Assembly (NCBI GenBank): GCA_965200155.1
Contig: CBDATR010000012.1
Coordinates: 1 to 27,327, forward strand
Origin: Nitrosopumilaceae archaeon
GTDB taxonomy: Archaea; Thermoproteota; Nitrososphaeria; Nitrososphaerales; Nitrosopumilaceae
DNA: 27,327 bases
Direction of reading: 5' to 3'
Shown here: positions 11,001 through 19,758 of the stretch, piece after piece
Layout: each line of letters opens with the position of its first letter
Numbering within the stretch: the first letter of the stretch is position 1
The notes under the pieces: model-generated
What the model saw: only the letters and a program-made list of their open reading frames with translations
Database searches by the model: none
Told to the model about the DNA's origin: nothing
Made by a program: the position numbers and the translations under genes

Positions 11001-11236
11001 TAAATATAATTAACGCGGATGGCATAATCGCATGGCAGGGTGACGTGAAGCGCGTATGGGCAAAGTATGGAGAGGACAAAGATGTCATCAAAATGGTCAC
11101 AAAGTTGATGGCTCTGGACGGGCTATTCAGTACGAAGAAACCGAAAGTGGTTAACCACACAAAGATAGGAGAACTGAAACTGATAGGCGCCATGTTCATC
11201 AGTGATGGAATGGATATTAGATCACAGCTCGTATGA
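8009..11236 (+). CDS. PLD-nuclease domain fused to an SNF2-family SF2 helicase
   Basis: N-terminal HSKCY...IGSSNFT (PLD-like); DATGLGKT (Walker A), IDESQN (Walker B), TATP, EGQNLQ, YDLPWNPMRIVQRTGRIDR; ATGA overlap with the methyltransferase. Confidence 0.92.
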   Translation: MNPLKRDIIDNQKYTMAEILNYQIPKTEKIDISTGYFNVGGYAAVRKSLEPISNNENFQLRLLLGKDAIEPEKKSFEAYAKEHELSQEEMSVKTGLYNTELTSESLSDVASLITLLKKDSVQVRLGRSRFNHSKCYIMDDAVFIGSSNFTEGGLKGNYELNAGLYQSAAWHDTKKWFNHMWEKSKDEKSKDEKQSLIDVLEQSKFGAPVEPFHVYIKMLFERYRPHLERMDKSQKNTKLTQFQNDAVQAALHITDELGGAIIADATGLGKTNIGIDIIRQKVLLEGRHILLIAPSQVLKSMWDEKLKEVDVKVRETLGMERLSRIETKEELKPYEDIDFILIDESQNLRSKNAKRRENLMKILYTGKKKQVVLLTATPINNSIMDLYYQLSIITKNDESHFRRAAGIYNLYQHMREAAKEGRLSGGIEKIQQLLDAVMVRRTRAYIKDVYPDDKISGRPVKFPEHQYDSIRYSMTELFGNVFEQIVNDFEMLKMTPYSLENYNRNLDEAEKKKYRTAAHLQVILLLKRFESSIRAVTVSLENKVKLYRYIKNSLDNNEKLIPRDLASVIRKHSVMEPGEDNDYEERILDEIKQIGSGRIGEEYDIEQMKQDMDADMEILLRLQGEIKKITIDTKLNSTIKTIMREKILEKEGKKVLIFSEYSVTAKYIKEELQRIFPNNRVECITGDTKDKTRKNMIQQFAPKANPPGQSPEIDILVSTEVLAEGQNLQDCNYVINYDLPWNPMRIVQRTGRIDRLTSEHDIIHTRACYPDKELDVILELMGKLIKKIDVANEVVGTDSEILGEEPTPKQYNGTISTRLKKLATKDGAQDVIKSLELESDMMPEISPINELFKFVKERGMESMDKFQMGCRAGKRGKQEIILAYTGSDRRVYFVTYDMNKKKATVPEDDSELVRRLRCTTNTKSYLPEDGPEHRESFMTLLEADKAAREEITRHNEWGVKKTRELKTKPRNNTYDIESEIVKAVQSGKISRDAGKQVVNIINADGIIAWQGDVKRVWAKYGEDKDVIKMVTKLMALDGLFSTKKPKVVNHTKIGELKLIGAMFISDGMDIRSQLV

Positions 11237-11726
11237 GTTCACGTGATGAACCCTTCCAGGAATGTGTATGCGTTTAGTTGGTAATCATAACCTGACTCAT
11301 ATCCAATCCCTCAAGCAGGAGTGAAAAACAGTAAGGCTGGCGCATATCCTATTCCTACAGAGTACACATAACGGAACTAGAATGTGTATGCGGTCCAATT
11401 GGTTCCAGTAATGGTTCCAAAGAATCATGTGTGCTAAATGGCGGGAGAATTGTTCCTGGATTTGGATGATGCAAGGAGTTCATATGGATGGTTACCGGGG
11501 AGTACAGCCGGTTTGATGACTGAAGAGTACCAGTTGTGTGATACCCGGGTATAGATACCGATCACGCCCGGATCAAAGCCGTTCGTTCAAATTGAGGCCG
11601 GAGCCATTCTGCAGAAGGGATGGAATCATTCATGGACGTGTTCCGGGGATGATTCCCGGCCAGATAAAGTCCACACCGGGCCTTTCTGTAATAGAATGTA
11701 GTTACACCAATCACGTGAACTCATAC
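11231..11726. mobile_element. 496-bp non-autonomous element bounded by IS66-type ends
   Basis: 17-bp perfect inverted repeats GTATGAGTTCACGTGAT...ATCACGTGAACTCATAC; interior not recognisably related to the transposase or the 92-bp MITE; no matching target duplication. Confidence 0.8.
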
Positions 11727-11811
11727 TTCACCTGTGTCTAAATTTACGCACAACTGATCGCGACAGTTAATGTGATTTGTACACAAGATTCCGGAAGACG
11801 TGAACTCATAC
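11727..11811 (-). mobile_element. 92-bp MITE (copy 3), inverted, missing 7 terminal bases
   Basis: Reverse complement of 1016-1107, starting TTCACCTGTGTCTAAA (the GTATGAG is absent) and ending GACGTGAACTCATAC. Confidence 0.92.
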
Positions 11812-11896
11812 CATAAGGATGGATCACCTTGGAAAACGAAATCATATTAGTTGACAAATGAGGGAACTGGGCCTATCACATACCAGCATGTCTTAT

Positions 11897-11928
11897 TAGA
11901 CCGTATGCGTAAAATCACTTCCCCCACC
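11897..11928 (+). repeat. Remnant left end of the IS5/ISL2-like element
   Basis: TAGACCGTATGCGTAAAATCACTTCCCCCACC matches 25920-25951 (TAGACCGTATGCGCAGAATCACTTCTCCCACC) at 29/32. Confidence 0.75.
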
Positions 11929-12164
11929 TTGTATGAAAAAGATCAAGGGACTATTACTCAATAGTAGTGTCCGGGCTGCACAAACATGGGAGACTATTAT
12001 CCATATAGGTCGCTCAAGCAATACTGAATCCGGTTATAATACACTAGTACCATCATTGAATACGTATAATCACGGGAATCTGTGGTGCATTTGATGGCCA
12101 GACAATCCATACAGAACCCAAATAAACATAATTTATATACATTGATTAATATATAATATGCATA

Positions 12165-12329
12165 TTGGAAGCAAGATACTCCGGTGGCTGCATTATGGGG
12201 CAGTATGAATACGACATGCTGACAAAACTGGTAGAGTCAGGAAAGATACGATCAAGAGGCAGGTTCTTCCGTGAGATGATACGCCGACACGGAAAGGCCA
12301 TACTGGAAGGCAGAGAGCCGCCAATCTAG
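12165..12329 (+). CDS. Ribbon-helix-helix (CopG/Arc/MetJ-like) DNA-binding protein, 54 aa
   Basis: TTG start; MEARYSGGCIMGQYEYDMLTKLVESGKIRSRGRFFREMIRRHGKAILEGREPPI. The L..LVESG...SR..F.RE.IR pattern is typical of archaeal RHH proteins; TTTATATA at 12132-12139. Below the ORF track cutoff. Confidence 0.7.
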   Translation: MEARYSGGCIMGQYEYDMLTKLVESGKIRSRGRFFREMIRRHGKAILEGREPPI

Positions 12330-13240
12330 TTTTTTGTATATTTTGTAGGGTGTGTCGCGGAACAACCGGGACATAATGTATTAGAACGAACCCAGGAGCA
12401 GCCGGGCACCTTGTAACCACTCCTCTTTATCTGGTTGATGTGATACTCTGTTATCTTCTTGTTATAGTCCGGGGCGCCCTGGAACAGGTCACTGATGTCT
12501 GGAATATCGATACCTGTATTCAGGTAGTACGCTGCCACAAGGAAGCGGCCTGAATGTGATAAATTCCCGCCTTGAGATATCATATCCAGGCACTTTGTTA
12601 TGCAGGGGGGTGTGTCGCCACTCTTAATGACTTTGTTATACTCACACCATTCTGTAATGTCTGGTGGTACCTCTATGGGCGGCAGTCTTGTCATCTTCTC
12701 GATACGATTCCTAATGTACCGAGTAATGGCATCTCGCATTAATCTGAGGAACTTGTCCGGCTCCAGATGGACAAAGCCCTTGTTCACATGCTGGTTGATT
12801 AGCTTCCATGTATTTCCAAGGCCGACCGCCAATGGCAAATATTGGGAGACATGCAACGTATACAGGCCTTTATCACTGCCTGGTTCTGAACCTAATACTT
12901 CCCGGCATATGGGAGTTATGTCTACATTGCGCTCCTGCATCATGTGGATGGAGTATAGTGCTTCTGTGTATGAGAACCGGCCTATCAGTTTATGGTTATT
13001 CATCCTCCTACATAATATAACGGCCGCCAGGAATGACTCTGTTCCTTCCGGCTCCATGTAGCGGCGGTCTAGAATAATTTCCTCGATTGCTCTATTCTTG
13101 GCCCACCGCTCCCAGTCATGTATTCCCGGATGCATCCCCGCAATAGCCGCCCTTACCCTTTCTACACCCAAGTCGATGTTAATCTCGGTCTTGCCTTTCA
13201 TGTGAATAGCGGATTCCGGCATGAAATGTAGTAATACCAT
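12326..13240 (-). CDS. priL: DNA primase large subunit
   Basis: WKLINQHVNKGFV, PPCI...GGNLSHSGRF, APDYNKKITEYHINQI, YKVPGC...LCPGC..HP: the archaeal PriL Fe-S C-terminal domain signature. Confidence 0.9.
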   Translation of the reverse strand: MVLLHFMPESAIHMKGKTEINIDLGVERVRAAIAGMHPGIHDWERWAKNRAIEEIILDRRYMEPEGTESFLAAVILCRRMNNHKLIGRFSYTEALYSIHMMQERNVDITPICREVLGSEPGSDKGLYTLHVSQYLPLAVGLGNTWKLINQHVNKGFVHLEPDKFLRLMRDAITRYIRNRIEKMTRLPPIEVPPDITEWCEYNKVIKSGDTPPCITKCLDMISQGGNLSHSGRFLVAAYYLNTGIDIPDISDLFQGAPDYNKKITEYHINQIKRSGYKVPGCSWVRSNTLCPGCSATHPTKYTKN

Positions 13241-13265
13241 TCTAAATCATACAAGTCAGGGTTTA

Positions 13266-14198
13266 TCATTCCACGAATATGGTGGACTGGCCTATAGTGA
13301 TATCATCCCCGAATAGAAGAGCGGTATAGACACCCGGCCCGTGCTGCTCTAGTATAGGGGTAATGTCAGATATAATGGAAAAGTCATCCTCCCATTGTAT
13401 TGCCTCTATGAAGGGAATTATTACCAGTTCCTCATGGTATTCCGGCCGCCATGTTATGGTGTCAAATGGTGTCTGGGACGCCGGTGCATCTTGGTCTACG
13501 TCATACGGATCAGGGCACCGTGTCACGTACATCTCTGATTCCATGTAATAGTAACCGTGGGGCGGTATTATAGAGGCCACAATCACCCCATTGTCATAGC
13601 AGTATGTTCTCTCGACCTGCCCGCGGGTCAGGTTGTATGGTAAAGGATCATAGTATAATGAGATGCTGTCTATAACATTCATGGAATGACCGCTCAATGT
13701 TAGAGTGGTACCATTAATGGATGCCTCTGTGAATGTCACGTAACTATACTCAAAGTGTTGGACGACTCTCATGTTATAATCATCATGCGTGATTCCCAGA
13801 TTGACATGAGTGTGGTGCTCGTTTAGTATGTTATCACGGTGTCCTGGGCTGTTCATGAAACCATCCATGATCTCTTCCAAGTCCTGGAATGGTGATACGG
13901 GAACGAACAAGTCATTAATACAGTAATCCAGGCCGGATACGTTCTCGGCGTTGACACCTGTCCCATTATATCGCATGTACGGTTTCATGCCGTCCAGTCC
14001 CCAGTGGGATAAGTAGCAGTATTCCAGCATGTTTTCAGCGTGTTGCTGGGCCGCCATATCATTACCAAGTGAAACTGGCTGTAGTCCGGCCATTTCTCTT
14101 TCATGGTTGATCAATTCCAGCATGTACTGATCAAGTGTTTGTTCCTGGGAATGAGCGGTACCGGCCACTAGTGGTGCTAGAGCCAGTAATAGATTCAT
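13266..14198 (-). CDS. Secreted CAP (SCP/PR-1) domain protein
   Basis: Signal peptide; LELINHERE.AGL.PV, AAQQHAENM, SHWGLDGMKPYMRY, AEN, SPGHRDNIL...VNLGI. Confidence 0.9.
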   Translation of the reverse strand: MNLLLALAPLVAGTAHSQEQTLDQYMLELINHEREMAGLQPVSLGNDMAAQQHAENMLEYCYLSHWGLDGMKPYMRYNGTGVNAENVSGLDYCINDLFVPVSPFQDLEEIMDGFMNSPGHRDNILNEHHTHVNLGITHDDYNMRVVQHFEYSYVTFTEASINGTTLTLSGHSMNVIDSISLYYDPLPYNLTRGQVERTYCYDNGVIVASIIPPHGYYYMESEMYVTRCPDPYDVDQDAPASQTPFDTITWRPEYHEELVIIPFIEAIQWEDDFSIISDITPILEQHGPGVYTALLFGDDITIGQSTIFVE

Positions 14199-14364
14199 GA
14201 TTTTAATTCAGTCATGATGTAATAAAAGGACAGTTCATGTTAAACCATGAAACTGGAGAGACCTGATGGGGGAGAATTCATAGGCAACACTGAGTGATGT
14301 AGATTGTCTCAATACTATCAGGTGTGATAGTTGATGTACGCGATAACGAAATAGTGCACTGCAT

Positions 14365-16017
14365 GTATGAGTTCACGTGTTTTGATCACATAATAAGATA
14401 GAATGCATCCCAGTTTTTTTAATTATAACTGCATTCTGGCAGCAACCTCGTTCATTACAGAAAGGCCCTGAGCCCTCCATGTCTGAACACATGATACGAA
14501 TGTGGACATGCGGCGCATTGCCCTTTCGCCACCCTTTATCTGGCCACTAATCTTGCGGAATACCACTGCGTATCGCAAAGCCTGCTCCGCTGGATTGTTG
14601 GTGGGCTCTACACTGTCATATTCTAAGAATACGAACATGCCGGGTATGGCCTTATTCAATCCTTTTACCTTCTTTTGTAGTTCAGTATCATCAACATCAC
14701 AGTATTGATGCAGAATGGATTCTGCTCCTGTCTCAAATGAGTGTCGTAATTGCGCGGACGGCCCGCAGTGATTCAGGGATTCCCGTGCGCTCCGGAACAA
14801 TCCTTTCAGGTCGTTGTCAAGTTTGATCCGGGCGTCCTGAGCACCGGGATCGATATAGAATCCTGCATGTAATGCCTGGGTATCGCGCAATAAATGCGCC
14901 CAACACAACTGGTGCTTCCCACCGTCATCAAACCGGCGGTACACAACGTACCTGTCCGTTACTATCGCTCCCTGGTAACCGTTCAGGTATTTGTTCACTA
15001 CATTTGAACTCCTACTTTTGTCATATATGGACATCATCCACTCTTCGGCTCGCATCCCCCATACCCAGCCACGCCTACCCGCCAGTGATATACCAGTTTC
15101 GTCCACATGTATGCTGGGTGATTTTATTATATTCTCATGAATTGTTTCCATAAATGATTCGCATGCATCGGCGGCCCTGGCAATTATGTTGTTTACCGCA
15201 CCCACAGATATATTCAGGCCGAAGAGATCCTTCGAAATTACAGGTATGCGTTTTATTGGAATCTTTTCTGCGCGTAATGCAGTGATGGCACCGCATAATT
15301 TAACCCCAAAACTACCACTCTTTGGGACGCCCGCTGCTGGGGCCAGTTGTTTTTTGCCGCACTTGCATGCAGCCATTTCTATCACATGAAGGGCCTCCTC
15401 TATTTTGGCTGGTATTAATTCCGTTATGTGTCGTTGTTTCCAACCAATTTTTGTCATTATATTGCCGCACTCACATATTGGTGTGTACTCAAAGGTGTGA
15501 TGCACTACTCTGCCGGGGTTGTGGGAACGGGAAACCCCCTTGTGTCCCTTTTGAGCGCCAGCCTTTTTGGCTGATTTAGTATTGACTTCTGTATGTTGCT
15601 TATTATCTCCCTGTTTTCGCTTCTTGTACTGGAGGGATTGAAGGGATGGTGGCGTGTGAGCATTCTCATAATATTTAAGTCGCGTTGTGAGTACCGCAAT
15701 TTTCCCCTGTTTTTCTTCTAATTTCTCATTCAATTCATTTACATAATTCCTAATAATTTGGAAATCTTGTGTGAGATTTCGTATTTCTTTTGTGGTGCGG
15801 GACACATATGCTTCCAATACTCTCACACGTTCCTTGTAATGTGCAAGATCTTTCTCGGTAGACGCAAGGGTATCCTGAAGAAGTTTATTTTCCAGTTCCA
15901 ATTCCTTATAGGACCGGCGTCTTCTCATTAGATTCTTATTGCAAATTTGGTATTTAAGTAAAATATTGTCATACCAATCTATATCTTAGTGAATGATCAA
16001 AACACGTGAACTCATAC
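14365..16017 (-). mobile_element. IS66-family insertion sequence, single-ORF (ISBst12-like) type, 1653 bp
   Basis: 24-bp perfect TIRs GTATGAGTTCACGTGTTTTGATCA; contains an intact transposase; left flank CACTGCAT. Confidence 0.95.
14423..15928 (-). CDS. IS66-family DDE transposase (TnpC-like)
   Basis: N-terminal coiled coil, PPS motif, Zn finger (CEC...CKC), VDETG, TDRY, QLCWAHLLR, PTNNPAEQALR. Confidence 0.95.
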   Translation of the reverse strand: MRRRRSYKELELENKLLQDTLASTEKDLAHYKERVRVLEAYVSRTTKEIRNLTQDFQIIRNYVNELNEKLEEKQGKIAVLTTRLKYYENAHTPPSLQSLQYKKRKQGDNKQHTEVNTKSAKKAGAQKGHKGVSRSHNPGRVVHHTFEYTPICECGNIMTKIGWKQRHITELIPAKIEEALHVIEMAACKCGKKQLAPAAGVPKSGSFGVKLCGAITALRAEKIPIKRIPVISKDLFGLNISVGAVNNIIARAADACESFMETIHENIIKSPSIHVDETGISLAGRRGWVWGMRAEEWMMSIYDKSRSSNVVNKYLNGYQGAIVTDRYVVYRRFDDGGKHQLCWAHLLRDTQALHAGFYIDPGAQDARIKLDNDLKGLFRSARESLNHCGPSAQLRHSFETGAESILHQYCDVDDTELQKKVKGLNKAIPGMFVFLEYDSVEPTNNPAEQALRYAVVFRKISGQIKGGERAMRRMSTFVSCVQTWRAQGLSVMNEVAARMQL

Positions 16018-16495
16018 GCCTTTTTGGCTGATTTTGTACTGGCTTCTGTCTGTTGCTTATTATCTCCCTGTTTCCGCTTCTGCTCCTCCTGTTTTCGCTT
16101 CTTGTACTGGAGGGATTGAAGGGATGGTGGCGAGTGAGCATTCTCATAATATTTAAGTCGCGTTGTGAGTACCGCAATTTTCCTGTCTTTTTCTACTAAT
16201 TCCTCTATCAATTCACTTACATAATTTCTAATAATTTGGAAATCTTGTGTGAGATTTCGTATTTCTTTTATGGTGTGTGACGTATGTGCTTCCAATACTC
16301 TCACACGTTCCTTGTAATGTGCAAGATCTTTCTCGGTAGACGCAAGGGTATCCTGAAGAAGTTTATTTTCCAGTTCCAATTCCTTATAGGACCGGCGCCT
16401 TCTCATTAGATTCTTATTGCAAATTTGGTATTTAAGTAAAATATTGTCATACCAATCTATATCTTAGTAAATGATCAAAACACGTGAACTCATAC
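16018..16495 (-). mobile_element. Truncated second copy of the IS66 element (one end plus the 5' part of the transposase)
   Basis: Near-identical to about 15560-16017; cut at GCCTTTTTGG directly by the end of the first copy; right flank CACCGCAT matches left flank CACTGCAT at 7/8. Confidence 0.93.
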
Positions 16496-16549
16496 CACCG
16501 CATTAGTGTCATTCCATGACTATGCCTTTTACCATGGAATGAGACTAGC

Positions 16550-16729
16550 ATGGGATATTATTGTGTGGAAGAAAGACATTCTGGTAGCTGGCGATGGTGT
16601 GATGGACGATGCGACAAAGACGATGCAATTGCCCAAGCAAAGTGGTATGCGGATATGTTCCCAAACAAATCTATCCGTGTGATAGAGATGGACGATGACG
16701 AAATAGTGTACCGTACAGGTCCGTCTTGA
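16550..16729 (+). CDS. Small hypothetical protein, 59 aa (paralog of 16936-17121)
   Basis: MGYYCVEERHSGSWRWCDGRCDKDDAIAQAKWYADMFPNKSIRVIEMDDDEIVYRTGPS; shares SG.W, KDDAI..AK, P, V and E(I/V)V with 16936-17121; below the ORF cutoff. Confidence 0.7.
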   Translation: MGYYCVEERHSGSWRWCDGRCDKDDAIAQAKWYADMFPNKSIRVIEMDDDEIVYRTGPS

Positions 16730-16759
16730 GATTTTTTTATATCATTCCATGACTTTCTA

Positions 16760-16899
16760 GTGGAACATTATAGCATAACTGGAAAGAGACATGATGGGGA
16801 AGAATTCATAGGCAACACTGTAGATTGTCTCAATACTCAGGTGTGATGGTTGATGTACGCGATAACGAAATAGTGTACCGCATTAGTGTCATTCCATGA
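16760..16899 (+). pseudogene. Degraded paralog of the small-protein family; also a duplicate of the IS66 empty site
   Basis: Fragments EHYSITGKRHDGEEFIGNT and VMVDVRDNEIVYRISVIP in different frames; DNA is highly similar to about 14250-14364 joined to 16504-16533. Confidence 0.6.
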
Positions 16900-16935
16900 C
16901 TATGCCTTTTACCTCTGTAACAAACTAGTTCTAAC

Positions 16936-17121
16936 ATGGCATATAACATAGAGGGGAGAAGTAAGTCTGGTTACTGGTACTATTATGGATCAGAAAATAA
17001 CAAAGACGATGCAATTGGTACCGCAAAGATGATTTCGGTAGAAAAACCGGGCATGCTTGTCCACGTTACAGATACAGAGACAGGAGAAGTAGTATTTGAT
17101 ATCACAGTTCAAGTGTCTTGA
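16936..17121 (+). CDS. Small hypothetical protein, 61 aa
   Basis: ATG start preceded by GCCTTTTAC at -29..-24; paralogous to 16550-16729. Confidence 0.7.
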   Translation: MAYNIEGRSKSGYWYYYGSENNKDDAIGTAKMISVEKPGMLVHVTDTETGEVVFDITVQVS

Positions 17122-18242
17122 TCATTTTGTAAACCACTGGCGCATCAGCCCAAACTAACCATGTTATCATGATCAAGAACGGCGTTGTTTATGCGCAAGT
17201 CCCGTCAGGATGATACTGAAGTATACATATGAGAACAGAGGTAAAAATGGTTCAGTCCCATGAAGAGGACCATGGGTATATTTCATTTGATTTTGATCCG
17301 TTAGATGGTGCTGATGAGAGAATCCATAAGGCGTTTGCATTATTCTCTAACTTCATATTTGGTATGTTATTATATTGGAGCCGTGGTAAGAGGCAGCAAG
17401 CAGGCCGTTCAATGATGCAGGTCAAAGCCTAAAACAGATACCATGTCCACTATTCCTGGAATGGAATCTGGATGTTGAAGAATCATGGAATAGAATAGCC
17501 AAGGAACAATTATTGCCGGCTAAACACGCGCCATGATTGATGCCGTTTGTAACATGTTTGACATTGAGTATGATACTGATTCCCTTACCAATATGTGGTG
17601 TGAGGAACCAAGTTGACGGTGGCTTATATGTATACTTATAATATATTACTCTGGAGAATAGTTTATGTTTCCCACCAAATGTCCCACACACCCACAAATT
17701 TATTGTTAAAGGTCAGCCTGTGAATCATTAATTCCATCATGGTAGACATCCGGCGCTCACCTATACCAACATGATGGAATATAGTAACATCCGCCTCTTT
17801 GTACCGCCGTCTCTGGAATGGGCTTTGCGTGTAATACCAACAACCGTGGTTTTATTTACCCTTTACACGCCTCACGTAACATGAACCACGTGGATTATAA
17901 CTAGTTTCATGGAACTGCCGCCTGATCGGATTGCCCAATTCGTAATGACCTCTGAATCATTCCTAACATGTTGCAGTCATACTAGAATAGCGCGTTCACC
18001 ATTTGTCCATATGATTCCCTTGAACCATTTTATCATCCGGGAATTTCTGCATGATCTCAATCGTGACTTGCCGGGACCATTTTATCATGGAATATCTAGG
18101 GATCCTTTGGAAGTGTACTTTAGTTGGGCGCGGCCACCAAGCCAGGGCCGCTGATGCATGTGAATCATACGTGCCGGGTGTTCTTGGTATGGTAACTGGA
18201 CTTGATCAGCCGGGGGTTCTTGGCCACCATTAACAAATGATT

Positions 18243-18742
18243 CTAGTATTGGAGTATTCCATGGGCATTTGCCCTCAGCCACTTCTTGGTCTCCTCATAG
18301 TTCGGGCAATGCATGTGAACTAGTGTCCAAAATTGTTATGGTGTACAATATGACACAACTCATGAATGATGGTAGATTCTATAACCTCCTTGGGGGCCCT
18401 TAACAATCCTCATAGCGTATTTCATTCGCCCAGTTACAGTCACCCCAGCGGCCTCCACCGAATCTTTTCACGGAAACCTGTGATGGTTTTATACCTATCA
18501 CTCTAGCCAATTCATTAGTCCGTTCAATGACCCATTGAACTGAATGAGGTTTGAGACTGGAAACTGCCTCTTTTGGTCGTATAGTGTCTGCAATCCACTG
18601 GGCGTTCTTGATCACAAATATCATCCGGTGGGATACCGGGAAACGTTCTCACGACAAACTTGCCGCTCTTATCCATCAATGTCCTCGCAAACATGACTCT
18701 CTGCTTGCTTCGTAATGGTCTTGTTCCCCACCTTGAGTACAA
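18243..18742 (-). pseudogene. YgjP-like (DUF45, HExxH metallo-hydrolase) pseudogene
   Basis: Multi-frame fragments: LARVIGIKPSQVSVKR..RWGDC, LLRAPKEVIESTIIHELCHIVHHN (HELCH at 18350-18364), FWTLVHMHCPNYEETKKWL. Confidence 0.8.
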
Positions 18743-18998
18743 CTTCTGTCCTATTCATACTATTATGATAGCGGTATTAGTGCATATTCCTTTGTATTAA
18801 CTTGTATCAGAACAGCCATGACAAAACATGGTAAAAAATTCCATCATGGAACGAGGGAATTCTGTGCTTCAAGTTTGGCATACAAGCTTGTGAGTTCTTT
18901 AGCACTACAAGGGACTGTTATTCAAACAGCCCAACGAGGGACTCAATAGTCCTAACAAGATGAGAACCATTGAGTAACTCAGACATGTAATTCCCAAA

Positions 18999-19758
18999 TT
19001 ATGGACAGTCTTTTGGAAGTGGACTTTGGTTGGGCGCGGCCGCCATCTCCAAATCAAGCCGCCTCAACCTCAATGATACCGTTGAGATATTGGCAGCATC
19101 AGCTATCATTTTCTGTGTTATGGAATGATCATGATAACAACACATCTTGTAGAGTGCAGCGGCCGCCAGTGTGGTCGGGTCCTTGCCGGTCATTCTGGGA
19201 GTGATATGACGCAAGAATAGAATGGTACTCTGGCGGACTTTTTCCGGTATGTCGCACTCCTGTGCAATGAATCCCACAAATGATGCCGGATCCGGCGGCG
19301 GCACTACAATCTCCAAATCACGTAATAATACACGGTAAATGTGATTGGCTTGCCCTGACTTGACACCGGCCGCATGACATATTACTTTGGCCGTCCTTGG
19401 AATCCCCTCTAACCGGCACGCCAATATAACAACGGCGGCAGCCCGGGCTACATTACTCCAGCCTAAATGTAAATTATGACTGACTACCATATGACTTGGC
19501 ACGGCGTCTCCCCATATCAGGAATGCCGCACTTTGTACAAATGTCATCAATTTTGCCATGTATCTTGTGGTTGGGACTCTTGATTAGTCTATCCAAGTTG
19601 TACAGTCTCCATCTCCCGCTGAAACTGTTCCGGCGCACGCCATACTTCCAGGAACCACTATACGTGGGGATAGTCTCATGGACCATGCCACATTTATCAC
19701 AGACATACTCAGCCTCACACTCTATCACCATTCCACCGCATGTACACTCTAGCACCAC
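18999..19758 (-). pseudogene. tfb: Transcription initiation factor IIB (TFB)-like gene split by one frameshift near 19480-19500
   Basis: Frame 1: Zn ribbon CTCGG...EYVCDKCGMVHE and helix IDDICTKCGIP...A. Frame 2: AAAVVILACRLEGIPRT, GKDPTTLAAAALY, ITQKMIADAANISTVSLRLR (cyclin folds and HTH). Confidence 0.85.

Noticed and set aside
8650-11199. Antisense ORFs within the helicase (and similar ones within the MTase, priL, mcm and transposases)
   Set aside because: Shadow ORFs opposite well-supported genes, with no motifs.
15969-16406. 145-aa ORF as an IS66 accessory gene (tnpA/tnpB)
   Set aside because: It is the truncated N-terminus of the same transposase reading into the neighbouring IS end.
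334-16495. Recurrent GTATGAGTTCAC / GTGAACTCATAC as CRISPR repeats
   Set aside because: They occur as inverted pairs at element ends with 8-bp TSDs, without regular spacers or cas genes.
17229-18100. Short ORFs on both strands
   Set aside because: No recognisable motifs or consistent promoter; real genes could not be told from decay.
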